DNA of 61,161 nucleotides, taken from positions 1 through 61,161 of the IMG/VR virus record IMGVR_UViG_3300037264_007944. One strand, written 5' to 3'. The translations under genes and the position numbers were made by a program. Source of the stretch: a virus. Its lineage: Duplodnaviria > Caudoviricetes. Shown one piece after another: positions 16,164 to 25,596 of this stretch (positions are counted from its first letter, which is position 1; the number at the start of each line of letters is the position of its first letter). The notes beneath the pieces are model-generated. The model was not told the origin of the DNA, did no database searches, and saw nothing but the letters and a program-made list of their open reading frames with translations.

Positions 16164-16940
16164 ATGCTCATTCTCGCGAGCACGGCCGACAAGATTCGCG
16201 TCATCACGAGCTTCGCCGTCCCCGTGGACGTCCACGCCACCTGGGCGGATTTCGACGGGGCCGCCGTCACCGCAGGGCGGACGAACACCGAGATCACCCT
16301 GGCAACCACGACCGACGTCGTCGCATCGCCGGCGATCGGCTTCTACCGGAAGCTTAAGACCCTGATCGTCCGGAACACGGACCCGGTGACTTCCGTGGAC
16401 GTCACCGTCCAGCACACGGACGGCGCCACGCCAGTCTCTCTTGAGAAAGTCACCCTCCTGCCGAACGAGTCCCTGTCCTACTCCGAGGGCGAGGGATTCA
16501 GGCACACCCTAGCCTCAGGGGCAACGGCAGACTCCCAGGAAGCGGACACACAGACATATGTCGCTGCCGGGGCTGGCGTCACAGTCAACCGCGTCGTCTA
16601 CAAGAACTCCGTCGCCCACGAGGTCGCGCACGCGCTCGCGTCAGGGCTCGCCACGTCGGACACCGTAGTCGGGATCGCCGTGAACTCCGCCGCGGCTGGC
16701 GCGCTGGTCGGCGTGGTCAATGACGGGCTCGTGACCGCAGACGCAACCGCGGGCATCACCATCCTTCCAGGCCAGAAGATCTTCCTGTCCGAGATCTCAG
16801 CAGGCGAAGTCACGAACGTCGAGCCGTCGTTGAGCGGCGAAGTGAAGCTGTTTCTGGGTGTTTCGAAGACCGGCACCGCCATAGCCGGCGGGACCTTCAC
16901 GATAGCCCTCGATAGGAGAACGCCGACGCTGATCCCGTAA
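16164..16940 (+). CDS. putative virion structural protein with cement/DUF2190-like C-terminal domain
   Basis: VVGIAVNSAAAGALV...PGQKIFLS...GEVTNVEP. Confidence 0.7.
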   Translation: MLILASTADKIRVITSFAVPVDVHATWADFDGAAVTAGRTNTEITLATTTDVVASPAIGFYRKLKTLIVRNTDPVTSVDVTVQHTDGATPVSLEKVTLLPNESLSYSEGEGFRHTLASGATADSQEADTQTYVAAGAGVTVNRVVYKNSVAHEVAHALASGLATSDTVVGIAVNSAAAGALVGVVNDGLVTADATAGITILPGQKIFLSEISAGEVTNVEPSLSGEVKLFLGVSKTGTAIAGGTFTIALDRRTPTLIP

Positions 16941-16945
16941 CGGGT

Positions 16946-16973
16946 GAACGACCGGGCCTCTGGACCGTATACT
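16946..16973 (+). promoter_or_regulatory. putative phage late promoter GAACGAC-N15-TATACT
   Basis: Exact motif in the gap before 17028. Confidence 0.75.
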
Positions 16974-17027
16974 CAGGCCTTGAGATTGTATCAGGACTCG
17001 TAGAAGACTTAACTGCAGGAGACGACC

Positions 17028-19382
17028 ATGGCCGACCGCATCGCGCTATTCTCTGAATCAGGAGCCCTCAAGGGCATCTCGGACACCGCCGACCGAGTCA
17101 GGGCCATAGGGATGGTGTCCGGTGCGGCGACCAACATCGCCCTCGCTCGCGCGGGTGCGGCCGGGACCACGCTGACGATCAGCGGGACGGCCATCGAGCT
17201 CGGCTCGACCCTCGACACCCTGGACGTCAACTCGACGACCTTCCACATCGCGCCAGACACCGCGACGACCGTGAACATCGGCGCGGGTGCGACCACCGGG
17301 GTGAACATCGGCGCTTCGGCTGGCCCGCTGACCATCGCCAGCGCCACGATCACCGGCACGAACGCCACCGCCCTCAACCTGAACGGAGCCACCACGGTCA
17401 CCGTCGCGGGCTCTGTGGCGACGACCGTGAACATCTTCAACACGGTCGCCACCACGGTAAACCTCGCCGGAGCGGCCACCACCCTGACGGTCGGTGCCGT
17501 GACAGGCACGACGACCGTCCGGAACAACCTCACGGTCACGGGAAACCTGACCGTGTCCGGCACCACCACGACGGTCAACTCCGAGACCGTCCTGATCGAC
17601 GACAACTTCATCTACCTGAACAACGCGTACGCCACGGACGCCGCCCAGGCCGGCGGCATCGTCATCAACTACGATCCGACGACCACGGTCGACACCGTGG
17701 CGGCCGGAAGCTTCACGGCCACGACTGTGCCGACGGCGGGAACTGGGCTGTTCATCGCCGGCGACATAGTCCAGTTCCACAACTGTTCCAACCCTCAGAA
17801 CAACGGCATCTACCAGGTCGTCTCGCATTCGGGCAGCAGCCTGACCATCACCGCTACTCCAGCGTTCACCTTCCTCCAGTCCGGCTTCACGGCCGGAACG
17901 ACGGGGACCGTGGGCAACATCACGAAAGTGGCCGTCGCCGTCATGCGTGTGAGCACGACCGGAGTCTGGGAGGTCACCAGCGGCTCCAGCACGACCGGCA
18001 TGGTCTTCACCTCGCTGTCCACCGGGTCGTCCAACCTCCAGCAGGCGTACGACGCCTCGACCAGCCCGGCGACCATCACGACCAACAGCACGGACGACGA
18101 AGTCCTGATCACCGGCACGGCTGGTCTGCGCGTGACCGGCACGGGCGCCGACAACACGGTCAGCGCCGGGTTCGGCTTCGAGGTCGACACGACCGGAGCC
18201 TTCCGCCTCCTGGGCGACGCTGGCTCGACGCTGTCGACCACGGCGGCTGCCCTCACACTCTCGACGGTGACCTCCGGCACCCTGACGATTGTCTCGAGCG
18301 CCCTCCTCGACATCGACTCCGGCACCGCCGGCGTCACGATCGATTCCTCGGGCGGCGGCATCAGCCTCGGCGCCGTGGGCGCGAGCGACTTCACCGCCAC
18401 CACGGGCGGGCTCACCATCGCCACGGTCACCTCCGGCGCGCTGACCGTCAACGCCGCCGCGAACCTCGATGTCAACGTCACGACCGGCATCACGATCGAC
18501 GGCACCACGATCGCCATCGCCGGAACCGGGGCGTCCAGCGTCACCGTGACCGGCGCCGGGCTTACCCTCTCCACGGTGACCTCCGGAGCCGTGACCATCA
18601 CGTCCGCCGGAATCATGGACCTGAACCCCGGGGCGAGCCTCACCATCGACACGGCCGGCTCCTCCACGATCACCTCGACGACGTCGACGTCGATCGTGAC
18701 GCAGGGCGGCAACATCCTGATCGACAACCAGTCCGTGACCGGGCTCACCCTCATCGACCTGGGAACCAACACCTCGGCCACCTCGTTCCGCGTCCGGAGT
18801 GACGCCGGCACGATCAACCTCTCGGTGGACGGGGCCGGCCTCGTCACCATCGGCGCCTCGGCCACCGACTCCGTCGCCGTGAACGCGGAGTTCACCACCA
18901 GCCTGGTCCCGGACGTCACCCTGACGTCCGACCTCGGCAGCTCGACCAAGCTGTGGAACAGCCTCTTCGTTGGAAGCGTACTGGCCGACAAGATCGGAAG
19001 GACGATGGTGACCGGGGCCGCCGGTGTCACCGCGGCCCGCCTGGTCTACAAGGACACCGTGACCACCAACTCCGTCCTCGAGGCCGACAACGCGGGGCTT
19101 GCCACTGCGAACTCGGTGATCGGCGTGGCCAGAACGACGCAGACCAGCGGACAGAACGTCGTGGTGGACTATGCCGGCGTGATCTCGATGCGCGTGACCA
19201 GCGGCGTCACCATCGTCATCGGCGACATCCTTTACCTCGCGACGACCGGGCGCGTCACGAACGTGGCGCCAACCGCATCCAACACGGCCGTTCTTGTGGT
19301 AGGGTATGCCATGGCGGGCGCCGCGGCGGACGCGCTGGTCAACGTCGAGTTCCAGCCGCGCACGCCGTTCGTCAACCCGTAA
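17028..19382 (+). CDS. long Thr/Gly-rich fibre protein
   Basis: Repetitive beta-strands (LTLSTVTSG-type), GNLTVSGTTTTVNS, cement-like C-terminal domain. Confidence 0.8.
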   Translation: MADRIALFSESGALKGISDTADRVRAIGMVSGAATNIALARAGAAGTTLTISGTAIELGSTLDTLDVNSTTFHIAPDTATTVNIGAGATTGVNIGASAGPLTIASATITGTNATALNLNGATTVTVAGSVATTVNIFNTVATTVNLAGAATTLTVGAVTGTTTVRNNLTVTGNLTVSGTTTTVNSETVLIDDNFIYLNNAYATDAAQAGGIVINYDPTTTVDTVAAGSFTATTVPTAGTGLFIAGDIVQFHNCSNPQNNGIYQVVSHSGSSLTITATPAFTFLQSGFTAGTTGTVGNITKVAVAVMRVSTTGVWEVTSGSSTTGMVFTSLSTGSSNLQQAYDASTSPATITTNSTDDEVLITGTAGLRVTGTGADNTVSAGFGFEVDTTGAFRLLGDAGSTLSTTAAALTLSTVTSGTLTIVSSALLDIDSGTAGVTIDSSGGGISLGAVGASDFTATTGGLTIATVTSGALTVNAAANLDVNVTTGITIDGTTIAIAGTGASSVTVTGAGLTLSTVTSGAVTITSAGIMDLNPGASLTIDTAGSSTITSTTSTSIVTQGGNILIDNQSVTGLTLIDLGTNTSATSFRVRSDAGTINLSVDGAGLVTIGASATDSVAVNAEFTTSLVPDVTLTSDLGSSTKLWNSLFVGSVLADKIGRTMVTGAAGVTAARLVYKDTVTTNSVLEADNAGLATANSVIGVARTTQTSGQNVVVDYAGVISMRVTSGVTIVIGDILYLATTGRVTNVAPTASNTAVLVVGYAMAGAAADALVNVEFQPRTPFVNP

Positions 19383-19392
19383 GCTGAACTTT

Positions 19393-19431
19393 TTGAGCGG
19401 CGGCTCCGGATGGTCCAGGGCCGCCGCTCAA
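19393..19431. terminator. inverted repeat, possible terminator or processing stem
   Basis: TTGAGCGGCGGC...GCCGCCGCTCAA just after the fibre gene. Confidence 0.45.
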
Positions 19432-19453
19432 CATGATAGACAGGAGGCGATCC

Positions 19454-19792
19454 ATGGCCGAGCGGAAAGACGTCCAGAAGATCCTGCAGAACCTACCCGA
19501 GGGAAACGGAGAGGCCAAGTCGGCCGCGAAGCCAGAGGTTGGCGCGCGTGTCCTGAGCGAGATCGACTCCCTCCGGATCGAGATCCTCACCAAGGACCAG
19601 CAGATCATGAACCTCCGACAGGAGCTTCTGGCCTCCCAGAAGAAGATCCTCGCTACCCAGGAAGAGAGCATGAAGTTGCAGCAGAGCGCCCAGGCCAAGG
19701 AGGCCGACAAGCTGATCTCGGACCTCGGCATGACCGGTACCGTCAACCTCGTCAAGAACGCGGAAGGCCGGTACGTCGTCAACGGCAAATAG
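19454..19792 (+). CDS. coiled-coil protein (possible fibre chaperone)
   Basis: AGGAGG RBS before ATG 19454; heptad pattern. Confidence 0.65.
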   Translation: MAERKDVQKILQNLPEGNGEAKSAAKPEVGARVLSEIDSLRIEILTKDQQIMNLRQELLASQKKILATQEESMKLQQSAQAKEADKLISDLGMTGTVNLVKNAEGRYVVNGK

Positions 19793-19814
19793 TCCATAGC
19801 GCGGGAGCTGATGG

Positions 19815-20624
19815 GTGGCAGATAAAGTAGCCGTCACATTCGAGTCCGGCGCGCTGAAGGGCATCAGCCAGACCGTCCCGGACAACGTCCTGGCTGGTGG
19901 CCTCAAGCGTGCATCCGGCGACGTCACCATCGATGCCGGCGGCGCCAACACCGTCATCCTCAGAACCAACGGCGTGACGTCGGTCACCGTCACCTCCGAC
20001 GGCAAGCTGACCACGTCGTCCACCACAACGACGCCAGGCCTCTTGATCGGCAGCTTCACGGCGGATCCGTCTGTTCTTGCGAATGGCGATATCTGGTACA
20101 ACTCCACGACGGGCAAATTCCGGGCCCGTGAGGCTGGCGCTTCCACGGACATGATCGGCGGTGGCGGCGGCGCCTCCGGGTGGACCGACGCTGGCTCAGA
20201 AGTCCACCTGACGACGTCGACCGACGAGGTCACGGTCGGAGCATCGGGCGGCACCGGCGGAAAGTTCACCGTCGTCGGGGACACGATAGGCCAGATCACG
20301 ACCGTCATCAGGATGGTGGCCTCACAGACGGCCGACGCCTTGCTGATTGAGAACTCCGCCGGGGCGGACCAGATCAGGATCACCGCCTCGAACGAGTTCG
20401 TCCCGGCCACGACCAACACGGGGTCCGTCGGGACGTCCGGGCTCAAGTGGGCGAACGTCTTTGCGACGACCGTGACATCTGGCGATCTCGAGCTGGAGAG
20501 CGAGATGGCCAAGTGGACCGTCCGCGAGGCGAAGGTCGACGGCGAGGACATCGAGACCCTCTACGCCATCAACCGCAAGACCGGTAAGAAGTACCGCCTT
20601 CTGATGGAAGAGCTTCCAGAGTAG
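19815..20624 (+). CDS. fibre-associated structural protein
   Basis: N-terminal ESGALKGIS shared with 17028; NGDIWYNSTTGKF fibre-type motif. Confidence 0.7.
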   Translation: MADKVAVTFESGALKGISQTVPDNVLAGGLKRASGDVTIDAGGANTVILRTNGVTSVTVTSDGKLTTSSTTTTPGLLIGSFTADPSVLANGDIWYNSTTGKFRAREAGASTDMIGGGGGASGWTDAGSEVHLTTSTDEVTVGASGGTGGKFTVVGDTIGQITTVIRMVASQTADALLIENSAGADQIRITASNEFVPATTNTGSVGTSGLKWANVFATTVTSGDLELESEMAKWTVREAKVDGEDIETLYAINRKTGKKYRLLMEELPE

Positions 20625-20652
20625 AAACCGTGTGCGGAGCCAGACCGGGCCC

Positions 20653-22041
20653 ATGAAAAAGAACCACGTCCACAGGTGGGCCAAGATCTGTAGAGGGCTC
20701 CCCCACTCCGCCTGCAAGTGCGGCTTTCTAAAGGTCTCCTCTGTCCAGGTCGGCCGCAACACGATCACCATGTCGCCATCCGGCGTTGGAGATGTAGCCC
20801 GTTGGTCGGCGACCCAGACGGCTCCCGCTGTCGGCGATGTCGGCATGAACGTGACGACGGGCCGACTTCAGTTCAACCTGAGCGGGACCGGCAACGTAAA
20901 CGCTGCGGTGGCGGGCGACATCAACTCGTCATCCTATGGGCTTGGCTTTTTTGGAGCCGGAGTCGACGGAGCCGCCACTCTCGTCGCCAACACGACTATG
21001 GCGGCCGACGCGAACGTGGTGCAGTACACCAACCTCGCCATGGGCGGATTCAGCCTGACCAACACGTCGGCTGATGTTGGTCTCGTGGTCCATATCAGCG
21101 GGAATCTTTCCGGTGGCGGGACCTTCCGTGGGAACGTCCTGACCAGCCCGACTGGAACGGCAGGCACGAATGCCACGACAGGCGGCAACGGAGGAGTCGT
21201 TGCGTCGAGCGCCGGATGGGCTAAGATCTTTGTCAACGTCATCGCTACGGGTGCATATACCGTAACGACGGTCGGGCAGACGGGCGGGCTTGGAGGAAAC
21301 GGACTAGCCCCGAGTGCAACTGCCAACGGAGCAGCCGGAGCGTCCGGAACGACCACCCTCATCGGCTGTGGGGCAAGCTATCCTGTCGTGACGGCGGCTA
21401 CAGGAGGCGGAGCCGGTCTTTCTGCCGGTGGAGGCGGCGCTGGAGGGGCCGGTGCATCAGCCGGAATCAAGCGGCGTCTTTTCAAGGACCTTCATAAGTT
21501 GATCACCGCCGGCGGTTTGGATGATGGCACGACCGGCGGAAACAGATACTCATTTCAAGGAACCAGGGGAGGCGCGGGCGGCAAGGGTGGGGCGAACAAC
21601 GGCGGCGCTCAAGGGGCTGGCGGGGCCGGTGGCGGCGGCGGCGGCACGATGACTCAGAGTACGGCAGGACCTGCCGGTGGCGCGGGTGGTGCAGGCCTGG
21701 CCGGTGGGAGCGCAGCGGGCGGAGGAGGCGGAGCCGGCGGAGGCCCTGGCGGCCTCTCCATGGTCGTTACCAATTTCAACGAATCCACCTCTCTCAGCGT
21801 TCTTGCTGACGGCGGGGCAGGCGGGGCCGGTGGAAACGGCAACGCCGCACAGGGCGGCCGTGGAGGAGGCGGTGCCGGTGGCGCTGGAGGCGCGGCCGTC
21901 TACTTCGGAAATTCCGGAGATGCTCCGACCGTTACGGCTTCCGCTGGCGCCGGCGGAGCCGCCGGTTCCGGCACAGGCAACGGCGGGTCCGCAGGAACCG
22001 CCGGTCAGTCAGGCAAGGCTTTCACCTTGAGCAGATCATGA
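20653..22041 (+). CDS. Gly-rich adhesin/fibre-tip protein, paralogue 1
   Basis: HVHRW..CKCG..NTITMSPSGVGDVARWSAT head followed by GGAGG repeats; start ATG 20653. Confidence 0.75.
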   Translation: MKKNHVHRWAKICRGLPHSACKCGFLKVSSVQVGRNTITMSPSGVGDVARWSATQTAPAVGDVGMNVTTGRLQFNLSGTGNVNAAVAGDINSSSYGLGFFGAGVDGAATLVANTTMAADANVVQYTNLAMGGFSLTNTSADVGLVVHISGNLSGGGTFRGNVLTSPTGTAGTNATTGGNGGVVASSAGWAKIFVNVIATGAYTVTTVGQTGGLGGNGLAPSATANGAAGASGTTTLIGCGASYPVVTAATGGGAGLSAGGGGAGGAGASAGIKRRLFKDLHKLITAGGLDDGTTGGNRYSFQGTRGGAGGKGGANNGGAQGAGGAGGGGGGTMTQSTAGPAGGAGGAGLAGGSAAGGGGGAGGGPGGLSMVVTNFNESTSLSVLADGGAGGAGGNGNAAQGGRGGGGAGGAGGAAVYFGNSGDAPTVTASAGAGGAAGSGTGNGGSAGTAGQSGKAFTLSRS

Positions 22042-23417
22042 TGCCGCACAACCATGCCTGGGTGCCTCTGAAGAAAGGCTACGAGAAGTGCCTCGTCTGC
22101 GCCTGTGGGGCCATGCACGTTCGCGGTATCCAGGTTGGCGATAATACGATCACGCTGTCCCCTTCCGGGGTCGGCGACGTGGCCCGCTGGTCGGCAACCA
22201 AAGAAGCAGTGGCTGCCGGTGACCTCGGAATGAGCGTCACCAGCGGAAGACCAAACGTGATCGTTTCCGGCGTGGTCAGACCCCTTATCTACACGACCGA
22301 AGTGGTCGGAGGGACCTTCGGCATCGGGATGTTTGGGGACGGATCTGACGGAAACTCGACCCTTGTCGCCAACACGGTGTTTGCCGCCAACGACAATGTC
22401 CAGCTCTACGACAACTTCACCAGCGGCGGCTTCAACTTGTCGGCAAACTCGGCGGACTTGTCTCTGGTCATGTATGTCAAGAGCACGGCCAGCATCAGCG
22501 CGGGAACCAACATTACCGCTACCACCTTCGGAGCTGTCGGCACGGGCGGAGCCGGTGGCGGCCCAGCCGGTGGCGGCGCCAATGGAGGCACCTCTTGCGG
22601 CACCGTGGCGATCTACGCCAACACGATCACCGGAAGCGGGACCGTCAGTGCGAACGGCACTGCGGGAAGCGTTGGGGGCATCGGCTCCGCTACCGCCACA
22701 GCAAATACCGGCGGTGTCGGCGGTGCGGCTGGATCGACCAATAGCAGGCTTTTCGGTATTGCCTTCGCCGCGGCAGCCGCCGCCGGGGTAGGAGCAGGCG
22801 CTTCAGCCGGTGGCATACCGGGCATTGGAGGTACGGCAGGAACGGTCAACGCACTTGCCCCCGACGTGTTTCAGGACTGCAATAGATTCATGATCGGCTG
22901 GGGAGGCACGGACGGCTTTACTGTTGGGACGGACTCGAACAGCAGGTGGGCGGCAGGCGTTTCCGGAGGAGGCGGAGGTGGCGGCTCCCAAAATACCGCG
23001 GGCGGAGGGGGCGGCGGCGGAGGGGCCGGTGGCGGTGCCTTCATAAGCAACGGCGGAGTCGGCGGGGGAGGCGGAGCCGCACCTGGCGTATCCGGAACCG
23101 GATCAGGTGGAGGCGGAGGTGGAGGAACGGCAGGAATCGCCATCGTGATCTCCAACAACACGTCCGCCATTTCCGTGCAAGCTAATGGCGGGGCTGGCGG
23201 GGCTGGCGGGGCTGCTGCGGCGGTCAATGTTACAGGCGGAGGCGGAGGAGGCGGTGCTTCCGGCGGTCTTTCTCTTGTGGCGGGACAGAGCGGCCACAGC
23301 GCGGCGTCCAGCGCGGCGGCAGGCGCTCTAGGGGCCGGTGGAACGGGCACAGGTCCTTCCGGCACGTCCGGGGCTGCCGGTGGCGCAGGGATCGTGTTTA
23401 ACTCGTCGTGGAGCTAA
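22038..23417 (+). CDS. Gly-rich adhesin/fibre-tip protein, paralogue 2
   Basis: HNHAW..CACG..NTITLSPSGVGDVARWSAT; poly-Gly repeats. Confidence 0.75.
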   Translation: MMPHNHAWVPLKKGYEKCLVCACGAMHVRGIQVGDNTITLSPSGVGDVARWSATKEAVAAGDLGMSVTSGRPNVIVSGVVRPLIYTTEVVGGTFGIGMFGDGSDGNSTLVANTVFAANDNVQLYDNFTSGGFNLSANSADLSLVMYVKSTASISAGTNITATTFGAVGTGGAGGGPAGGGANGGTSCGTVAIYANTITGSGTVSANGTAGSVGGIGSATATANTGGVGGAAGSTNSRLFGIAFAAAAAAGVGAGASAGGIPGIGGTAGTVNALAPDVFQDCNRFMIGWGGTDGFTVGTDSNSRWAAGVSGGGGGGGSQNTAGGGGGGGGAGGGAFISNGGVGGGGGAAPGVSGTGSGGGGGGGTAGIAIVISNNTSAISVQANGGAGGAGGAAAAVNVTGGGGGGGASGGLSLVAGQSGHSAASSAAAGALGAGGTGTGPSGTSGAAGGAGIVFNSSWS

Positions 23418-23418
23418 T

Positions 23419-24795
23419 GTGAGATCGAACCACGTCCATCGGTGGAAGTCGCTCATCGGGCAGGAGCTGCCCATGGGATGCGATTGCGGAGCCCTTCTTG
23501 TCAAGAACATGAAGGTCGGCGGCAACACGATCACCCTTTCCCCATCCGGAGTCGGTGACGTCATCCGGTGGAGCGCGACTAAGGCGTCGGTCGCAGCTGG
23601 CGACATTGGAATGAGCACGACTACGGGTCGTCCGAGCGCCTTCATCGGTGGGGCTGCCAGGGATATTTCCGAAGACGCCACGAACTTGAATACGGCTCCC
23701 GGCTACGGGATCTACGGTTCCGGCAGTGACGGGTCTCCTTCTTCTCCTCTGGTTGCCAACACGACCCTGGCTTCAGGAGACCGGTGCGTCCGGTTCACGA
23801 ATCTTGATCTGGCCGGATTCATCCTGACCCCGAATACTGCCGACCGAAGCTGTGTTCTGACAATCAGCGGCACGTTGACCATGGGTGGCGGAACTATCGC
23901 GGCGGCGGCCGGAAGCACCGCCGGCGGTGCCGGTGGCGCTGGAGGAGGAACGGCGGGGGCTGGAGGGGCGGGCGGAAGCGGACGTTGGAATGTCTACGTT
24001 TATGCCAGGGCCATTTCAGGTTCCGGGACGTTCACGGCTACGGGCGGATCTGGCGCGAACGGTGTTGCCGGAACAGCTCCAGCCTCCAACACGGCCGGAA
24101 GCGGAGGGACGTCGGCTACCAATAGCAACGTGCAGTTCAACATCCAGACCCAGGCGTCGTCTACTGTTGGAGGTGCCGGTGCCGCTATCGGCGGGGCAGG
24201 CGGTGCCGCCAGAACCGCCCAGACAGTCGGTGCAAGATCAGCCGCTACCGCAAAAGACCTGCTTCGGTACTGGTACTTCAGCGGGCCACAGACCAACTCA
24301 ACCGGGGACAACCAGAGGGTCTGGGAGTCCTCCAACGGCGGTGGCGGGGGTGGTGGGAGTGCGCGTAACGTGAGCCCTTCCGGGGGCGGAGGCAGCGGTG
24401 CCGTCGGGTCCAGATTCATCGGCGTTGGCGGAGCCAGCGGAGCCGGTGCTACCGGCATAGCTGGGACCGGCGCGGGCGGAGGGGGCGGCGGGGCTGGCGG
24501 GCCGGGAAGCCTCATCATGGTCGTGTGCGAGACGTCCTCCGCGTCCCTGACCATCTCGGCGAACGGCGGAACTTCCGGAAACGGCGGCAGTGCAAGCTCG
24601 GCGACGGCAGGCGCAGGGTCAGGCTCAGGAGGCGCGTCCGGCGGGTCGGCTCTTTACATCGGCCCGGTAGGTGGGTCGGCCACGGTGACGGCCACAGGGT
24701 CGGCGGCCGGAGCCAGCGGTGGGACCGGGGTGGCGGCAGGGACTGGGTCCTCCGGAGGAAACGGTGTCGCCATGTCCATGACGAGGGAAACGTGA
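23419..24795 (+). CDS. Gly-rich adhesin/fibre-tip protein, paralogue 3
   Basis: HVHRW..CDCG..NTITLSPSGVGDVIRWSAT; GTG 23419 aligns with the paralogue starts. Confidence 0.75.
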   Translation: MRSNHVHRWKSLIGQELPMGCDCGALLVKNMKVGGNTITLSPSGVGDVIRWSATKASVAAGDIGMSTTTGRPSAFIGGAARDISEDATNLNTAPGYGIYGSGSDGSPSSPLVANTTLASGDRCVRFTNLDLAGFILTPNTADRSCVLTISGTLTMGGGTIAAAAGSTAGGAGGAGGGTAGAGGAGGSGRWNVYVYARAISGSGTFTATGGSGANGVAGTAPASNTAGSGGTSATNSNVQFNIQTQASSTVGGAGAAIGGAGGAARTAQTVGARSAATAKDLLRYWYFSGPQTNSTGDNQRVWESSNGGGGGGGSARNVSPSGGGGSGAVGSRFIGVGGASGAGATGIAGTGAGGGGGGAGGPGSLIMVVCETSSASLTISANGGTSGNGGSASSATAGAGSGSGGASGGSALYIGPVGGSATVTATGSAAGASGGTGVAAGTGSSGGNGVAMSMTRET

Positions 24796-25019
24796 TGATG
24801 TTCGTAGCGTACTGCAAGGGGTGCCTTCCGACGGCAACGGTGATAGGATGGGCGACCGTGGAAGAATCGGCGGCGTCCTTGAGGCACTCCGACCATCCGG
24901 ACGCGGAGGACGGGCACTTCTCCATGACCGACGGGGAGTGGGTGTCCGCGTACGTCCTTGGGGACGGTATTCAGACTGCGGCGAACATCGTGGCGGCTCA
25001 CTCGGACAGATTCGTGTAG
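24795..25019 (+). CDS. small hypothetical protein (YCKGC)
   Basis: Start overlaps the stop of the upstream gene. Confidence 0.5.
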   Translation: MMFVAYCKGCLPTATVIGWATVEESAASLRHSDHPDAEDGHFSMTDGEWVSAYVLGDGIQTAANIVAAHSDRFV

Positions 25020-25027
25020 AGGACAAG

Positions 25028-25456
25028 ATGAACAAGTACGACGTCTACTGCAAGGGCCCGTTCCCTGACGGTCGAGGCCATGAGTGCTGGGTACGGGTCG
25101 TTGAACTTGAGCTTCCGGACAATGCCGATCCTCGCAGGCATCTGAGCAAGTACATGTGCTCGACCTGCGGAGTAGCTGAATCGGTCATCCGGCCGCTTTG
25201 CCAGCGGAACCTGATCCCCTGGTGGGATGCCGACTACCGAAAGACGATCATCGCGGCCTTGGAAGTCCCCTGCCGGATCTTCCCTCATGAAAAGACGGAC
25301 GCCTCCAGGCCCGGGGCGTACGACGACTGGGAGCGGCGCCAGAGCGGCGCGGTCATCGCCGCCCTGGTCAAGGTTCTCAGGAACGAGCGCATCCCCGAGC
25401 GAGAGATCGTCAGGATGGTCATGCGCAAGCGGCCCTTGCAGACTGTTACGGTGTAA
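25028..25456 (+). CDS. hypothetical Cys-containing protein
   Basis: GAGG RBS; MNKYDVYCKG, CSTCG. Confidence 0.6.
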   Translation: MNKYDVYCKGPFPDGRGHECWVRVVELELPDNADPRRHLSKYMCSTCGVAESVIRPLCQRNLIPWWDADYRKTIIAALEVPCRIFPHEKTDASRPGAYDDWERRQSGAVIAALVKVLRNERIPEREIVRMVMRKRPLQTVTV

Positions 25457-25458
25457 TT

Positions 25459-25596
25459 GTGCCTGACAGGGGGGCCTGGGTATACTGGAACTGCACACTG
25501 TGCAGTCTGGAGATCGGAAAGCTCGAGGAAGAGCTTGGGCCGCAGGAGGCCAAGAGGCCTGTCGTGACGATCGCCGGATCATGGAGGAAGTCGTAA
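25459..25596 (+). CDS. small hypothetical protein with CxxC
   Basis: MPDRGAWVYWNCTLC...; fills the gap between its neighbours. Confidence 0.35.
   Translation: MPDRGAWVYWNCTLCSLEIGKLEEELGPQEAKRPVVTIAGSWRKS

Noticed and set aside
17009-19030. Long minus-strand ORFs opposite the fibre and other genes
   Set aside because: Shadow ORFs expected from GC-rich codon bias; they mirror the + strand genes and show no independent motifs.
20653-24795. PE-PGRS or collagen annotation for the Gly-rich genes
   Set aside because: No PE domain and no Gly-X-Y periodicity; context points to phage adhesins.
15795-24795. Diversity-generating retroelement or invertase shufflon acting on the fibre paralogues
   Set aside because: No reverse transcriptase or recombinase gene in the window, no adenine-specific template/variable repeat pair seen, and all copies are full-length in the same orientation.
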